DNA of 63,895 nucleotides, the filler included, from Chiloscyllium plagiosum (taxonomy: Eukaryota), in NCBI RefSeq assembly GCF_004010195.1. It is 4 parts of one record of this genome, joined end to end, with 100 filler letters (N's around TTAATTAATTAA, not from the genome) between each part and the next. Parts side by side here need not be neighbours in the genome. Positions count along the whole stretch, not along the records: positions 60,272 to 63,895 come from NC_057711.1; 3 more parts are not named here. One strand, 5' to 3'. Shown here one piece after another: positions 63,250-63,895 of this stretch; within the stretch, counting starts at the first letter, position 1; each line of letters opens with the position of its first letter. The position numbers and the translations under genes are program-made. The notes under the pieces were generated by a model. That model was not told where the DNA came from, searched no databases, and saw only the letters and a program-made list of their open reading frames with translations.

Positions 63250-63895
63250 CCTGGTATGTGTATGGAATGAGCTGCCAGAGGATGTGGTGGAGGCTGGAAC
63301 AATTGCAACATTTAAGAGGCATTTGGATAGGTATATGAATAGGAAGGGTTTGGAGGGATATGGGCTGGGTGCTGGCAGGTAGGACTAGATTGGGTTGGGA
63401 TATCTGGTCAGCATGGACGGGTTGGACCGAAGGGTCTGTTTCCATGCTGTACATCTCTATGACTCTATGATCTGTCAACATTAATTTACATGGAATGAAC
63501 AGCATAGAAATAAGACTTATTTGGCCGAATTAATACATATCAGTGCTTATGCTTCACCTAAATCCCTGCTATCCTTCCCCATCTATGTTTTATGATCATA
63601 ACTCTTAATTCCATAGAACATAGAACAGTACAGCACAGAATAGGCCCTTCAGCCCACGATGTTGTGCCGACCACTGATCCTCATGTATGCACCCTCAAAT
63701 TTCTGTGACCATATGCATGTCCAGGAGTCTCTTAAATGTCCCCAATGACCCTGCCTCCACAACTGCTGCTGGCAACGCATTCCATGCTCTCTCAACTCTC
63801 TGTGTAAAGAACCCACCTCTGACATCCCCTCTATACTTTCCTCCAACCAGCTTAAAACTATGACCTCTCGTGTTAGCCATTTCTGCCCTGGGAAA
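63250..63895. mobile_element. CR1 3' ends (plus 63250-63470; minus 63612-63895)
   Basis: VWNELPEDVVEAGTIATFKRHLD on plus strand; TRGHSFKL...FFTQRV on minus strand. Confidence 0.88.

Overview
Vertebrate genomic DNA, almost certainly from an elasmobranch (shark or ray), judged from abundant HE1-type V-SINEs and HER1-like CR1 LINEs. The window is not one locus. Three artificial 100-nt linkers (44 N + TTAATTAATTAA + 44 N) split it into four unlinked pieces: 1-20943, 21044-37311, 37412-60171 and 60272-63895. There are also two ordinary N gaps. Most of the sequence is nested, decayed transposable element: CR1 LINEs, HE1 SINEs, Penelope-like elements (PLEs), two Gmr1-type Gypsy LTR elements, a third Gypsy integrase relic, a full-length L1 with a 15-bp TSD plus a second L1 3' part, a Rex1/Babar LINE, a Tigger/pogo MITE and an RTE fragment. 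Two host exons are recognisable: a long-form COMMD6 exon (21490-21658) and an LRPAP1 exon (60794-60924). A few candidate microexons lie in unique islands. The most striking pattern is about 25 complete or partial minimal hammerhead-ribozyme motifs (CTGANGA-stem-GAAAC) in PLE terminal repeats. Many sit in short, non-coding, head-to-head inverted mini-elements flanked by 12-16 bp target-site duplications. All family assignments come from motif recognition by eye; no database search was run, and boundaries of decayed repeats are approximate.
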